Source: Octopus sinensis
Lineage: Eukaryota
DNA: 64,000 nucleotides
Assembly (NCBI RefSeq): GCF_006345805.1
Contig: NC_043003.1
Location: forward strand, 82,026,001-82,090,000
Reading direction: 5' to 3'
Numbering within the stretch: position 1 is the stretch's first letter; each line of letters begins with the position of its first letter. This document shows positions 1-13,073 of this stretch, in pieces. Position numbers and translations under genes: made by a program. The notes under the pieces were generated by a model. It was not told where the DNA came from. It made no database searches and was given only the letters and a program-made list of their open reading frames with translations.

Positions 1-540
1 TTAATGTTACTGTTGTTGGTGCTGCTGTTGTTGCTGTTCGCTTCCATAACTTTTCTAGTCTCTTCCACTTCGAACAAGGCATTGTTTTTGATTTTTCTTT
101 TATGTTGCTGCTGTTCTTCTTCTTGTTCATGTTATTGTTGCTGTTGTGACGGAACTATTTTGCGAGAATACTTTGTTGAAATATTCCATTTTGTGAAACA
201 TTTCAAGATCGTTTTTCATAAAAATAAGCTTGCGGTTTGTATTTTCCTAGGAGGCAACATATCGCGTGGCGCTCATTCCACTACTTTCTGATGATGTTCT
301 GGTGACACTCTTCACTCTCTTATCCTTTCCGAACTCCGAACGTCACCGCGTTGTTTGAAGTGTTCAATCTTACCGCCAAGGCAAGTGCCCTCCCCCAGTT
401 GCCTTCTTTGAGTATACTGACGCTACGACATAGTAGGCCCGTTCACTGAGATTCTGTTTACCTCTCTTTTCCACTCTTCAACAACTTTGTTGGGACGTAA
501 CACTTTCCATCCCACCCCATCTGCACTTTGATTTCAAGGG
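1..540 (-). mobile_element. Probable decayed LINE ORF1-like fragment abutting the Tc1 copy
   Basis: Purine-rich, non-microsatellite - strand sequence with broken frames and CAA/GAA runs, where the Tc1 5' end should be. No diagnostic motif. Confidence 0.25.
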
Positions 541-544
541 AACC

Positions 545-1597
545 GTGTCAAAATTCCATTAGTTTGTCCAAATAGGCGCCCGAAGAAAAATGACGGCGCG
601 GTTGGACCGTCGAATCCACCGACTTTTGGAAGGCAACTGAATATTGACAATTGTCCAACGAGAGTTGCGTTATTTTTACACCACAAACCGTCTGCAACCA
701 TTTCAGAGAATTTGAACTAAATTGGACGAATCGCTTGGAAAAAGGCAATAATATCGAAAGACATTGACTCAAACGCCTTAATTTCGCAAAAATCCATGCA
801 CAATGGACTGCCGAAGTTTGGTGCGGGGCTCTTAGGAGTGACGAGTCACGCTTCTGTATATTTGGATCAGATGGTAAAACATATATCAGACGTCGCCCAA
901 CCAAGGAATTCCATCCAAAATGCATGAAAAAGATGCCGCAAGCAAGGGGTGGGGGTTTGATGTTGTGGGCGGCATTTAGTAGCTTTGGTGTTGGCCCTCT
1001 AGTTAAAGTTGATGGAAAGCTAAATAGTGTAGGTTATATGAATCTACTAAAGGATAATGTTGCGCTATATTTGTCTCACCAAATGCCTCCAGGGGCTATT
1101 TATCTGCAGGAAAATAGTCCTGTGCACAAAGACAAAAAGGTTATGGATTTTTTTGGTCACCATAATATTGACTTAATCGAATGTCCTTCCCAGAGCCCAG
1201 ATCTGAATCTGATCAAGAACTTGTGAATTTTGTAATCACTTAGCGAATTCAATGCCGAGGCGTTGTTCAGCCGTTATTAAGAATAAAGGCTACGGCACAA
1301 AGTAGTAATATGTATTTCGTTCTTGCTGCTCGTTTTTGCAACAATCTTAAGCTTTAAATAAAATTATAATGATACAGTCTTAAAGTGTTTTTGCCAGTAA
1401 ATTTGAAACATTTATATTAATTTAGTATTAGAATTCTTCAAGTTGTATAAAAATGGTTATTGTCTGCATCATTCGAAAGAGAAATAAAGTTTGCATAATG
1501 TGTAAAAGATAAAAAATAATTTCTATGGTATTAGTAACAAAATATTTTGTAAGAAATAGAACGTTTATTATCGGTCTTAAATTTATTTTCGCCAGTG
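545..1597 (+). mobile_element. Decayed Tc1-family DNA transposon (3' part plus right TIR)
   Basis: Frames give GARRKMTARLDRRIHRL, SDESRFCIFGSDGKTYIRR, GGGLMLWAAFS, LQENSPVH and WPSQSPDLN-like CPSQSPDLNLIKNL; second catalytic D appears as E and the final E as K; stops present. Ends ...GCCAGTG followed by TA (1598-1599). Confidence 0.9.
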
Positions 1598-2043
1598 TAT
1601 CTTCTTTTAACTATAATCCTTTAAATCTTAAGAAGGTTTTGCAGATTTTTATACTCCTTGATATGTCATCATTTGTATCATATGAATTAAGGATTTGAAT
1701 TTTCAGCCATATTTTGTTCCAGATGGGTTGGTATATATCCTGTTGCTCCTATAATAATGGGTACGAATCTTGGGTATTGGATTTGCAAACACTTTGTCAA
1801 TGGTCCATAGATGTCACTTTCTCTTGTATATTTCTCGCCACATTTCTCTCCATGCTTACGCATGTGTGTATGTATATATGTATGTATGTATGTATATATT
1901 TGGCATTATATTAATTTATGAAAGTTTTACATTTTTTTTTCAAAATATTTCACTATATAAATTTTGTAATTTCTCTTTGTATTTACTTTGGATAAATATT
2001 TTCTTTTAGTGACAAAACCAAACACATTTTTCTGTCTTTGCAG

Positions 2044-2198
2044 GTCACAAGGCTACAATTCATCATTTATCTTTAGATGAATTAATTCCTAAAACAGATT
2101 TGTTCATCACATATGAAGGTTCTCTTACTGAACCTGGTTGTCATGAGACGGTAACATGGATAATTTTTAATCGTCCTATCTACGTATCACGTGACCAA
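2044..2198 (+). CDS. CA10: Internal coding exon of alpha-carbonic anhydrase-related protein (CARP, CA10/CA11-like)
   Basis: Acceptor tttttctgtctttgcag, donor CAA|gtgagt; 155 bp, phase 1 to 0. Reads (G)HKATIHHLSLDELIPKTDLFITYEGSLTEPGCHETVTWIIFNRPIYVSRDQ, matching the alpha-CA TYxGSxTxPxCxETxxWIIxNxPxY block as in CA10-type proteins. Orthology to CA10 is by motif recall only. Confidence 0.88.
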
Positions 2199-2789
2199 GT
2201 GAGTATATTTTTAATACGTTTTCACCATTTTTACAAACTTATTTTAAGAAACTAAGTTAGAAAAAGCCTTAGCTCTTGGGATAAAATCCTTGGCTGCATT
2301 TCCTCCGGCTCTTTCTTTAGACTGAGTTGAAATTCCCCACAAACTTATGTCTGCATAACCGATATTGTAGAAATGTAGGCCTCTTACGCTACACAAACAC
2401 ACACACACACATATATATATACTTATATATATTCATATATAGATACATATATATTTATACATACATATACATACATATATATTTATACATGCATATATAC
2501 ATACACATACATATGCATATATGCATATATGATTAATCATTATAAACTATCATACATATCTGTACAAACAAAAAAATTGTGAAAAATGGTATTTTCAGGA
2601 CTCTTCGTCAAAGTCAGTGAACCACTTCCTCGTTTTCACAAGAACAGTTCTTATACATTGACCAACAGTCTAGACTGTAGTAGATTAGCATGCCTGATAG
2701 ACAGCGTACCCCACCCACTACTTATTTGCCTTTCGGCATTCGCGGTACGAATAATTGTTCACGGAATAATTTTTAGCGAAACGTATAAT

Positions 2790-3858
2790 TGTTCACGGAA
2801 GGTCCTCGAATCCAAGGATCTTCAAAAATAAGAATAAAAGTCCGCTGTCTATCCAGTGGATGCACAACACCAAGGCCTGGATTACCAATGCTTCATCCCT
2901 CAAGCCAAGGTATACATCCAGAGCATATGCCCGAAATTCAAGGTGCTACTTGTTCTAGATAATGCTGGTGGTCACTCTTTGAATTTGAATCACGATCGCA
3001 ACGTGCCGATCAGTCATCCACACTGCTCTTAAAGACATGAAACAAGAAATACTTGTTACATGCTAAAGGAAGGTGTGGCCATAGTCTATCCACACTACGA
3101 GGTCTTCTCACCTGAAGATTTCGTCACGAGGCTGTCAACAATGCGGTGAAACTGGCAAAGGTATTTGTTGGTTAAGGTTTTGACGATATCACGCAAGATG
3201 AAGTCAACAACTTCATCGATGCCCACTCTGAAACCTTGACAAATAAAGGTTTGTTGGAGCTAATTTAGTCTTCCAGCGAAGAGGAGAAGGAGGCGCCAGA
3301 TTCGGAGGAAGAAGTGGATGAGGTAGGCCTGACATTCAAACGTCTTTCCGACCTTTTAAGGACAGCAAAAGGAGGCGGAAGCATGGAATCCCTATATGGT
3401 TCAGTGTCTCCAATTTAAAAATTCCGTCGATGCCGCCATGCAGACATATAAAACACTCCACACCATCACGAAGTGAAAACGACAGCAAATTCCCATCACA
3501 ATGTTCCACCAAGACCACCAAGAAGACATAACATCAAGACCACCAAGAAGACATAACATCACCTAAAACACCTGAAGAAGAGGCGTTACCCGAAGAGCGT
3601 TACATCTTCTTTGCTGTGTAGTCATTACCTTCATTATTTTCATAATCATCATCTTAAAACATTATTATTCGTTCTTGGTGGGTAACCGTACATTTTACTT
3701 TAATTTTATCAAATTATTATCATCATATATATATATATATATATTACGTCATACTTTGACATTATAGGCATTTTTATGAACAACGTCCAATATTCGCGGT
3801 TTTCCATTATACGCGGGTGCTCTAGGAACGTAACCCCACTAATATCGGGAGACTACTG
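2790..3858 (+). mobile_element. Decayed Tigger/pogo transposon
   Basis: SNPRIFKNKNKSPLSIQWMHNTKAWIT, CFIPQ...FKVLLVLDNAGGH, acidic C-terminal tract, KRQQIPITMF; terminus ...GGAGACTACTG followed by TA. Confidence 0.85.
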
Positions 3859-5077
3859 TATTTAAGATTTTAGTGGCAGCAATATCAAATATTAAATTCC
3901 TAATGTATTAATAGTGTTTCGTTTCGTTCGTACAATCTTCTATGGATCACATCTATGTTGATTTATTTTCTTTTTAACCCACAGTGGGCATTTTGACCAT
4001 TCAACCTCGCTGTCACAAAATAGTCACAGCTACTAATGAAAACTTCAAAATGTGTGGAAATATATATATATATATATGTACAACTACCTCACCTTTTTAT
4101 GTCCGCCCATATGAATTGTTTACAAAAGCTGTAACACTGTGTTGACTAAAAATACCTGTGGTTATGTTCTAGAGTACAATTTAATAATGAAACAAACACT
4201 GTTAACACATCAGTAATTTAATATCATAGGCAGTTAAAAATTTCTCCACTTACGTGAACATGAAATTCATGTGATGATAAATGCAAATAAAATCACAATA
4301 ATGAGATTGTACCATTACAAAAACACAGACGTATAGTTTAATTCAGATTGTCAAGAAAAACAAAGAAAATAAAACCGAAACAATAGAAATGAAAATGAAT
4401 ATATTTTCCGTCTTATTTAATTGTTTTAACATATTATTGTCTGTTAGTATATTTATTCATCACACCATTTCTACATCCCACACCAGTACCTACTCTCTTA
4501 TACACACAAAAAACACTTCTATATACATACATATAGCTATGAAAGTATACACTTTTAAGTAATATTGTTTAAAATTGTGCTTATGAAAAGCCAGCAGCCT
4601 CTCGTATTTGTACTCGTTTCTCCACTTCTGACAAGTGATTTCTTTCAAACTTGTAAGAATGCATTAACCACCGAAGAGAATTTTACATTTTAAAGATAAC
4701 AGATGTATACATACATAAATACGTATAGTACATACGTACCTACTCGAGCGCACCCACGCACACATAAATAGACACGCGCGTGTGCGTGTGATTATATATT
4801 ATATATCATTCTTGTTGACGCAGTTTAATACATTTTCATTTGCCGTGTTATATTTTATGCAGAGTATTGTTGTTAAACACAAGATGTATTTTGTCAATGA
4901 GGAAATGTTGACTTTAAAAATAAGAAACGGCAACTCATAAAGTACAGCGAAAATTTTTCAATACTTATTTTTAGTTATCGTACATTTTGATTGGAAGCAA
5001 CAGAACATCTTATAAATGAGGAAAGATATCTTCATAGTTTTGCGGTTCGCGTATTAAACTATGGAGATTGTGCCGCT

Positions 5078-5130
5078 TTAAAATTGTGCTGTTTTAAGTT
5101 CTAGTTCAGCACATTCAAGATTGCCTAAAT
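5078..5130 (-). CDS. Candidate terminal exon
   Basis: Strong acceptor tatgtttttgttttcttaattgtacgctacag; phase 1: LGNLECAELELKTAQF*. Confidence 0.28.
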
Positions 5131-6149
5131 CTGTAGCGTACAATTAAGAAAACAAAAACATAGCAGGACCAAAACGTCCCGCAAATCGTAATTCCTGCAT
5201 GATTTCTTTGGAGGTATTTTGTGATACTTATCGTTGAAGGAATCTAATTCGATATTATACTGTCATAATAATTCATGATAAATTCGTAACAATCGAAACA
5301 AATATATTTCCCGTCAACTTTATAAATGCAAGACATGTTCGAACACTTAAAAATTATTTTAATTATGTAGCAATATTCTTCTCTTGAAATATTCTATATA
5401 TATATATATTATATATATATATATATATATAAGTTAATCCAAACATGAAAACACAAAGAGAAAACACAAAAACACGAGGACGTGGAACAAATATAGTATT
5501 ATAGAACGCTCAGGAAAGAAGGAGGGTTTAACGGTTCGAGAGGAGGAGTGAGAAGAAGAGGAGGTGGATGGTGGTGATGAAGATAAGAATAACTGACCAC
5601 AAGATCCCAATACCATTGAAATATAACAAAGACGGAAAACAAAATGTGGATTTCATCGAAGTTGAAAAGTGATATCACAGAAAAACAATACATAATAATC
5701 GTCTACCCTGAAATGCCCCCAGATAATGCTTGGGGTTAAGCACGTAGAATAATTGGAAAATATCTACGTAGAAAATCAGGAAATCTAATGAAACTTCGAA
5801 CCCGAAAATTCCTTCTCCTCATCGCTTGCCGTCTGTTTATAATCGGATAGAGTAGGTCCATTCAATTACGTCAATCTCACCACTATCACTCTCCCTTAAT
5901 AAAACACAAGCGGGGATTTTCATGCACATAATCTTCAACCTTTTAAGATATTAATGGATGGTGGGAGTTGATCAGTAAATAATAGCGTATGTCCAGAAAT
6001 ATTTAACCACGTCTACAGCACAACTATTTTTGCCATATATTTCGAGCAGAAAAACAGTAAACGTGCTCCCTTGTTAAATATAAATGATCGGGCAATCATT
6101 TACTCCCAATAAGCTCATGTTCTAGCATTTGTCGGACATAACCTCAGGA

Positions 6150-7110
6150 TCAGACATGGATGATCACTGATCTATGCATGCAAGGGGATTTCAGTACTCA
6201 GTGCAGCTTTGTCTAAAATAGAATTTCTTCGAAAAGGCAACACGTGTTAGAGTACTAACAAACCACATCGTCACATAGATAAATCTAGTAGATATACCAG
6301 ATAGAACTGCACTTGAATATTTGCAAGGCATTTGATAACCCGTCTCCTAAATTTGCCCAAGATTGTACACTAGGAGAGATGTTTCTACGAACAGTAGACC
6401 GCTAGAAGTGTAGGCGATCTAGTCTCTGTCAAACCGCAAACAGTAACTATATATAAGGTAGTAATATTACAGTTGAACATATCTAAGGTAACCGATATAT
6501 CGACCGTTTGCACTGAAGCTCCAGACCTTACTAAAAGAGTCCTGATATGTCACGCAAAACGAGCCGACGACTGAGGTGTATATAATTCCTTATCTCTGGA
6601 CGAAGTGTGGTAAGCGTGTGAATCTCGGATATCTGTTTGTGATGGTTAATAAAACTAGATATAGTGACCGAATTTCATTGAGCAAATGACTCACATTTCA
6701 TCTCAAATCAAAGTTCTCTGCCTGTATTCAGAAAGAAGGGGCAAAATACCCGAGTGGGCAGCTAACTTCGCCCAGAAGCAATTCGTTTTCGAGACATTTG
6801 AAACACACCCCTTCTATCTTCTTAATAAAGACATTTTAAAATCTTCCACGTTCTGTTTAAATGTATTTTCTTGATGTGGTAAATCTCTAAACAAGTTCTT
6901 ATCAGAAGTCCACTTTTGTTGTATATTGTGCATGTGTACATCAACACATATATGCATGTTTATGAATATGGGGAGATGTTTGCGGGATGAGCATGACAGA
7001 GAACGTACCATTGTCTTTGCTGTACAAATCTATTTACGAACATTCCAAGTAAGGCCAATGTTCACCAATATGGAAATATTTTGACCCATATACCATATAA
7101 ATGTCAGCGA
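6150..7110 (+). mobile_element. Highly decayed CR1/L2-like LINE reverse-transcriptase remnant
   Basis: Ordered degenerate motifs: LNICKAFD (~6312), RADD (~6561), KYPSG...FSRHL (~6746), VRPMF (~7049). Confidence 0.45.
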
Positions 7111-7737
7111 TGACATATTATCTCTGTTCTGAATTTTACTATATGGCAATGACAGTTCATTTTATCGTTAATATTATTATTGCTGCTGTTATTATCAGTA
7201 ATGCAATATTGACTCCGGGCCATCATCAACTTAACTTTCTATTCAGTATATATGTTTGCAAATGTGAATGCATATGAGCCTGTCTAAATCTGTATGAATG
7301 TAGGCTTGGTCATAAATTCATTCCACTCATCTCCTAATTTTCCTTTTGAAGACCAGCTTACAATGTCCTCTATCCATTCTGCTATACCAGTAAGCGGGTA
7401 TATATAATTTGTATGATTGTGCACAATAAAGTATTCATCTTATTCAAATTTCGGTGACAGTGCCGAAGTAGTAGGTCGATTGTATAGCGTAAGCGAGTCA
7501 ATCGTCTTACATAATAACGACAATCGATGTACGGAAACACGAGTATGTTATAGAAAGCTTGGAGAAAACAATTACAGTTTTTATATTTAATATTGATATA
7601 CAAGGAATAGGAAAACTGGCATATCAGGAGATATGATGGTTAACATCAACCAGCATTTAGAACGGAAATAATGAGTGTAACTATATACTGAGCGTAAATG
7701 GTTTGGTAATGAGTTGTGCCTTCCGATGCATTTTGTA

Positions 7738-7787
<50 letters not shown>

Positions 7788-8212
7788 GGATGTTACTAGT
7801 GGCACCAGGATGCTATTATGTTTAGAGCTACATATAGATTTTCACAATCTTTCTGTATTGTGGTTAATTAACTCAATACTGAGTAGTATTACTAGTTATA
7901 AGCTATAGAGCAAGCATAGTATAAATAAAACTAAGCACAATGTTAAATTTATAGTTCCTACTTGCGTTTCCCCATTATAGTTGACTGCAGCTCTACGACA
8001 AGTTCAAAGTACATATAAATGCTCAATCACAATATATCCTCATGGACATAATTATCTGTAACTTGATGCAGTAATGTGTTCCCTGAGGATCCGTTGTGGT
8101 TCAGTATCTATATGTATTTAGGAGTTATATCACAGGGCTCAATACAACCAAAATGGTGAAACCCGCATAGGAACATTAATTATATGCGTATATACATGTA
8201 TATAATATGCAT

Positions 8213-8311
<99 letters not shown>

Positions 8312-9230
8312 TATATATAAATATATATATATATATATTATATATATATATATGCACACACGCTAATGTGTAAGTACAGAGGTAGAACTTAGCTGAATAG
8401 GTAAGAAAGTTGTTCCAAGATAAATATGTTATGGATTCGATTTCACTGCATGGTATTTTAAGGAAACGTCACACTCTATATGAAAACATTACTTAGACGG
8501 AGACTGTAAAGAAATCCATCGGGAGATTTTCTCTTACATATGAAAAGTGATAGTCTTGGCAAAGATTCTACCATATTGATTAAGCCTGAGAATTCCATGA
8601 AGTGAATGAACACTGGAATCAGTGTAATCGACTTACCCTGTAATACTCACTCGAAATGCTCACTTAGTTAATAGATTAAGTCTGGAAAAACTAATTAACT
8701 TGATCGACGAAATGTATTTTCACCGTCGAACGACGGAATTCCATCGCAATATGCACACTTCATCTATGTATGTATGTATGTATGTATGTATCTATCTATC
8801 TATCTATCAGTCTTTCTCACTCGCTTTCAAATTTGTCCATATATGTGTGTGAGTGTGTATCTGTGTATATCTGTGTGTGTGTCTGTGTGGCTATGTATTT
8901 ATTATGAGTAAGACAGCAATAACAGAACATACGACTCTAGATTTTCTAAGCATATACATCTTCAAATCTTATACTCGGTAAAAGACGTAGTGTACAGAAA
9001 AAAATATTATTTCGCTAAAAGCAGATAGTAGATATTATTCTTGCTGACACACGTTAGGGTTTGAAAAATAACACTTTGGAAACATTACCGAATTACGCTT
9101 CTAATTTTCTGAAGATGCCTGGAGACACATTTTGCCCACTTATGTGAATGGGATTTCAATTGATGTCTTAGACTCATTAAAAATTTCTTGTGCAATCCAT
9201 ATCAGAAGTGAAAATACTCTGAAGATTTAC

Positions 9231-9336
9231 CACAGGCGTTTTCAGCTAAGCCATAGATATACTTAGTATTAACTGCGTAAGTTTCGCTGGATGGGGACAA
9301 ACTACTGTTCCATTTGTAAAAATTATTAGAATATAT
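9231..9336 (-). CDS. Candidate 106-bp exon
   Basis: Acceptor agaatttctag, donor TGTG|gtaaat; phase 0 to 1: IYSNNFYKWNSSLSPSSETYAVNTKYIYGLAENAC. Confidence 0.22.
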
Positions 9337-10103
9337 CTAGAAATTCTAAACGTAGTCCATATATAATTCACTTGGTAATATTCTGCTGCAGGAGCTGTGG
9401 TAGTACTTTGCGAATGCATCAATACGCATATTATAGACGAATATAAATATTGTTTTTTTGTTTTGATGTTGCTGAAATTCGTGGCAACATTACATTTAAT
9501 GCTGTTTGTTAACAATTTAGAAAGCATGTTCTAGGATTCTTTAAAGATTAAGTTACGTAATTAAGAATAATTAGTATTATAATACTGAATTATTTATTGA
9601 GACCAAATCGAAAAGTGATGGGGAGAGGCGCAGTTTCTTAAATATGTATTTTAGAATGGTTTTGCATTATACCAAAACATTAAAATGACAGAAATGCTAG
9701 AGTGTCGGACATATTGCTGAACGACGTTTACTGGTATATTCACACACTGAGTTGAAACCTTACTAGATTTATCTTTGCAGAATAACACACTTCTGAAGTA
9801 TTGATATTGATTTAATTTATGTAACCTTTTCAGAATAAGATGTATTTAGACAATTTTAGAAAATATTGTTTTCGTTCCTGTCATTATAGATTTCGAGTGG
9901 AAAACGACAGAGCTATATGCTTACTGTATTAATTTAGAACTCATCCTACAATATATAAGTACCTAAATAACACCGAAGATTACATACGTCGTTGTTCTCG
10001 TACTCATAAACTATCCACACATTTAAAAGTCGTGATTCTAGAACAGCAGGAACAATGAGGCTTAGGACAGGGCGTATTCATTTATATGATTTTTGGTCCT
10101 TAC

Positions 10104-10139
10104 CAGGATTCCTGTCGTGAATGTCAATGCCTTTGATAC
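10104..10139 (-). CDS. Candidate 36-bp mini-exon
   Basis: Acceptor ttttattttatcactgtacag, donor CTG|gtaagg; open in phase 0 (VSKALTFTTGIL) and phase 1 (IKGIDIHDRNP). Confidence 0.33.
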
Positions 10140-10659
10140 CTGTACAGTGATAAAATAAAAAATGAACAATATATTGTCAACTTAATTAGCTCTATCCTTC
10201 TCTTGGAAATATTTCACCTTTTGCCCATGTAAAAAATCATTATTATCATTATCAATATTTCTGTCACTACTAATGATATTTAAAAAGAGATCAAACTAAA
10301 GTGTTGATAATGATTCATAAATACTAAATAAATTCATATATATAGACAAAAAAAAATGATAAATAGAATACTGTTGAATATTGGCAGGAAGACAACATAA
10401 TTCACAATTAAATTTATTAAATTTAAATTATCTTCCCTTCTTTCTTTCTGTCCATATATTGGCACGCAATGACTGATCTCTTCCATTATCAATGACGTTG
10501 TCATTAATAGAACAGTATAACACTATTAGGCAGTACGATACAAGTATCTGTTAACAATCCCCTAAATTATAAGAACAGTGAAGAATAAAAAATTAAATTA
10601 GAGAAACGATTGAGGAGGTGTGTAATTAATTTGAGGATAAATGCTTGATTTCCACTCAC

Positions 10660-10825
10660 ATCACGTATGTCCTTTCTTGTATTTAAAGTTGTTTTAACCT
10701 GTGAAGATTCTTCATAAGTCACATACCACGAAAGAAGCACAAAGGACATTGAAGTAATTCCAGAAGGGAATTTAGAGAGTTTCCTGTTTTGTATATTGGA
10801 ATGATAGTTGTAATAAACATATTTT
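10660..10825 (-). CDS. Candidate exon (two possible donors, at 10727 or 10660)
   Basis: Acceptor ttaacattttag. Phase-1 frame to CGTG|gtatgt (10727): NMFITTIIPIYKTGNSLNSLLELLQCPLCFFR. Phase-2 frame to GAT|gtgagt (10660): KYVYYNYHSNIQNRKLSKFPSGITSMSFVLLSWYVTYEESSQVKTTLNTRKDIRD. Confidence 0.3.
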
Positions 10826-12241
10826 CTAAAATGTTAATATTTAATCAAGTAAATGGTCAACGCAACGTCCATGACGTTCGTAGTTCCTATGAGGCTGGTT
10901 TGAACTCTCCATATGATTACGTTAGCAAGTAAAAAAGAAAACTGAAAACAAAGATGGAAAGAGAATTAAAGAAAATTAACGTTTTGGGAAAGAAGGATCA
11001 TATATAGTGGTTAGTGTTCAGTCAGGGTGTACAATACGTATGTGTTGAGTACGTTCTCGAAAGCAGTATCAGTCATGGCTGGAGAGTAACAGCAGCATTT
11101 CTAGTAATCATATAGATTACAACCCCGAGGTAGATGCATTGATTTAACTCCAACGAAATTTTCTCACGTAATACATTTTGTATGTGTAGTTAAATTAATT
11201 GAAGGAAACGTTTGTCTTCACTAATTACGTGAGTTACAGAGTGTTTTAAAATCTCTTTTCTTGCGAATTTTATGAACATATCAAATGAACTTCTTAAATT
11301 TCATCTTAAAATTTTAAAAACTAGTGTTAAGTTTTGGAAATACTTATTGCGAGTTATATCTATCACAATCACAAGACCAGAAAATTGCAGAAGATGTTAA
11401 CTGATTGAGTTGAAAAGTACCTCAAGCTCTCGATTATGAAATGATATGGAAGGAGTAAATGAGATATACATATTCCTCACAAAATTAGGTGAAAAGCTTT
11501 CGTGTTTGTAATGAGTATCAGAGCAAAATGAACGCAGAGGTAAACATTTAGAGTTGTTTCTCTACAGAAACGCATACTTCTTATTGTATAATAAATCACA
11601 ACCGATTGGGAGACAGTAGTAAAATGGATAATTGGAAACAATGAAATTTCAAAACCATGTGATGCTGAATTAAATACGAATTACGTTAAGGAGATAACTA
11701 TCAAATTAAGCACGGTTATACGGTAATTTGTAGAGAAGGTTAAATGATTAAGCAAGAAAAATTTGAAAATATGAAGAGTATGTCTTTAAAATATGATAAT
11801 TTGTATAAGTTAAAGTAAAAGTCTGTATTTAATGTGTGAAAATATGATTCTTATTAAAAAAAGATATCATAATTCTAACGAAAATAAAAGTAACAACATT
11901 TTGAGTGGAGGCAAAAATTAGAAATTTTCCTGAAGCTGAAGTATCGATATATTTTTCTTTCAGATAGCTTCCGGACAAAAAAAATAATAATAATTCAAGT
12001 ATTGATATTTTCATTTATGCTGTAAACTTTGTTGCACGTTCCTCTGTCAGTTATTTATGCTAGTTGTTTTTACAAACGGAAGAAACTATTATTTGCATAA
12101 GTATGACAAGAGAAATATTCCAAGACAGATATATAGTAATATGCACACAAAACATTATTCCACATTGTAAAGTTTACACGCGCACACAGAAATCACACAC
12201 GTGTATGTGTATATTCATACACACACACACAAACAAACATA

Positions 12242-13023
12242 CGAGGTCTGTTCATTAAAGATTTCCTTTGACCTACTTCCCAAGGACTGGGATAAAAGAA
12301 ACTTGACATAATTATTAGTTCTCTATATAGCCACCATTTGTGGTGACACACCTCTCTCATCGCTTTATGCAGCTGTGAAAACCTCATCTGTAGAAGTCGG
12401 TAGGTTGAGTCGGGAACCAAGATTTTACCTCGGAAATAAGTTCATCATCATCCGAGAACTGCCCCCTCCCCTTAAAATAAGACTTCCTGGTTGAAAAGAT
12501 GGAGAAGACACATGATGCAAGGTCGGGAGAGTAAGGTGGATGGAGAAGGATTTCAGAGCCGCAGGAATATGTTTTCATCTGGGCCACATTCGCATTGCGA
12601 ACTGAGACGTTGTCTTGGAGGAGTCGAACTTCTTTATTTATTTATTCAACATGCCACACCTCACTGCTTTGATTGCGTCCTGCAATTTCTGCGGCGGAGA
12701 AGCGTAATATATCCGTTAATTGTGGTGCCTTTTGCCAGAACATCCATCAACACTAGTCCGCGCTGGTCTCAAAAGATTGTGAGCATAACCTTGCCCGGAG
12801 ATGGTTGGACAGGAGCATTCTTTGGAGGTGGTGAGTTATGATGTTTCCATTGCTTCGATTGGATTTTAGTCTCAGGACCATAGTGAGGGACCAATGTTTC
12901 ATCTTCTGTGAAAAGTCTGAAAAGTCTGTCGAAAAGGTCCTCGTTTTCTCGACACATTACCAGAAGAAGCTGGGAGCATTTGACACGTTCCTGTTTCTGA
13001 AACGGTGTGAGCATACGAACAAT

Positions 13024-13026
<3 letters not shown>
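12242..13026 (-). mobile_element. Mariner transposon, 5'-truncated and inactive
   Basis: WIVRMLTPFQKQERV, TEDETLVPHYGPETKIQSKQW, KVMLTIF, LLQDN, HPPYSPDLAS, FSDDDELISEV; TIR end TA|CGAGGTCTGTTC at 12240; truncated at a (TA)n tract. Confidence 0.93.

Positions 13027-13070
<44 letters not shown>

Positions 13071-13073
<3 letters not shown>

Noticed and set aside
924-1226. Functional Tc1 transposase ORF
   Set aside because: Fragment only, with catalytic residues altered and stops upstream; same conclusion for the mariner ORFs at 12384-13080.
1723-1760. Upstream CARP exon (AG/GT-bounded, phase-compatible with 2044)
   Set aside because: The in-phase peptide WVGIYPVAPIIM does not resemble the expected CA region; the CA-like frame (DGLVYILLL) hits a stop.
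4863-4940. Alternative CARP terminal exon SIVVKHKMYFVNEEMLTLKIRNGNS*
   Set aside because: Direct joining would skip the conserved NxRP block; resemblance limited to VNE.
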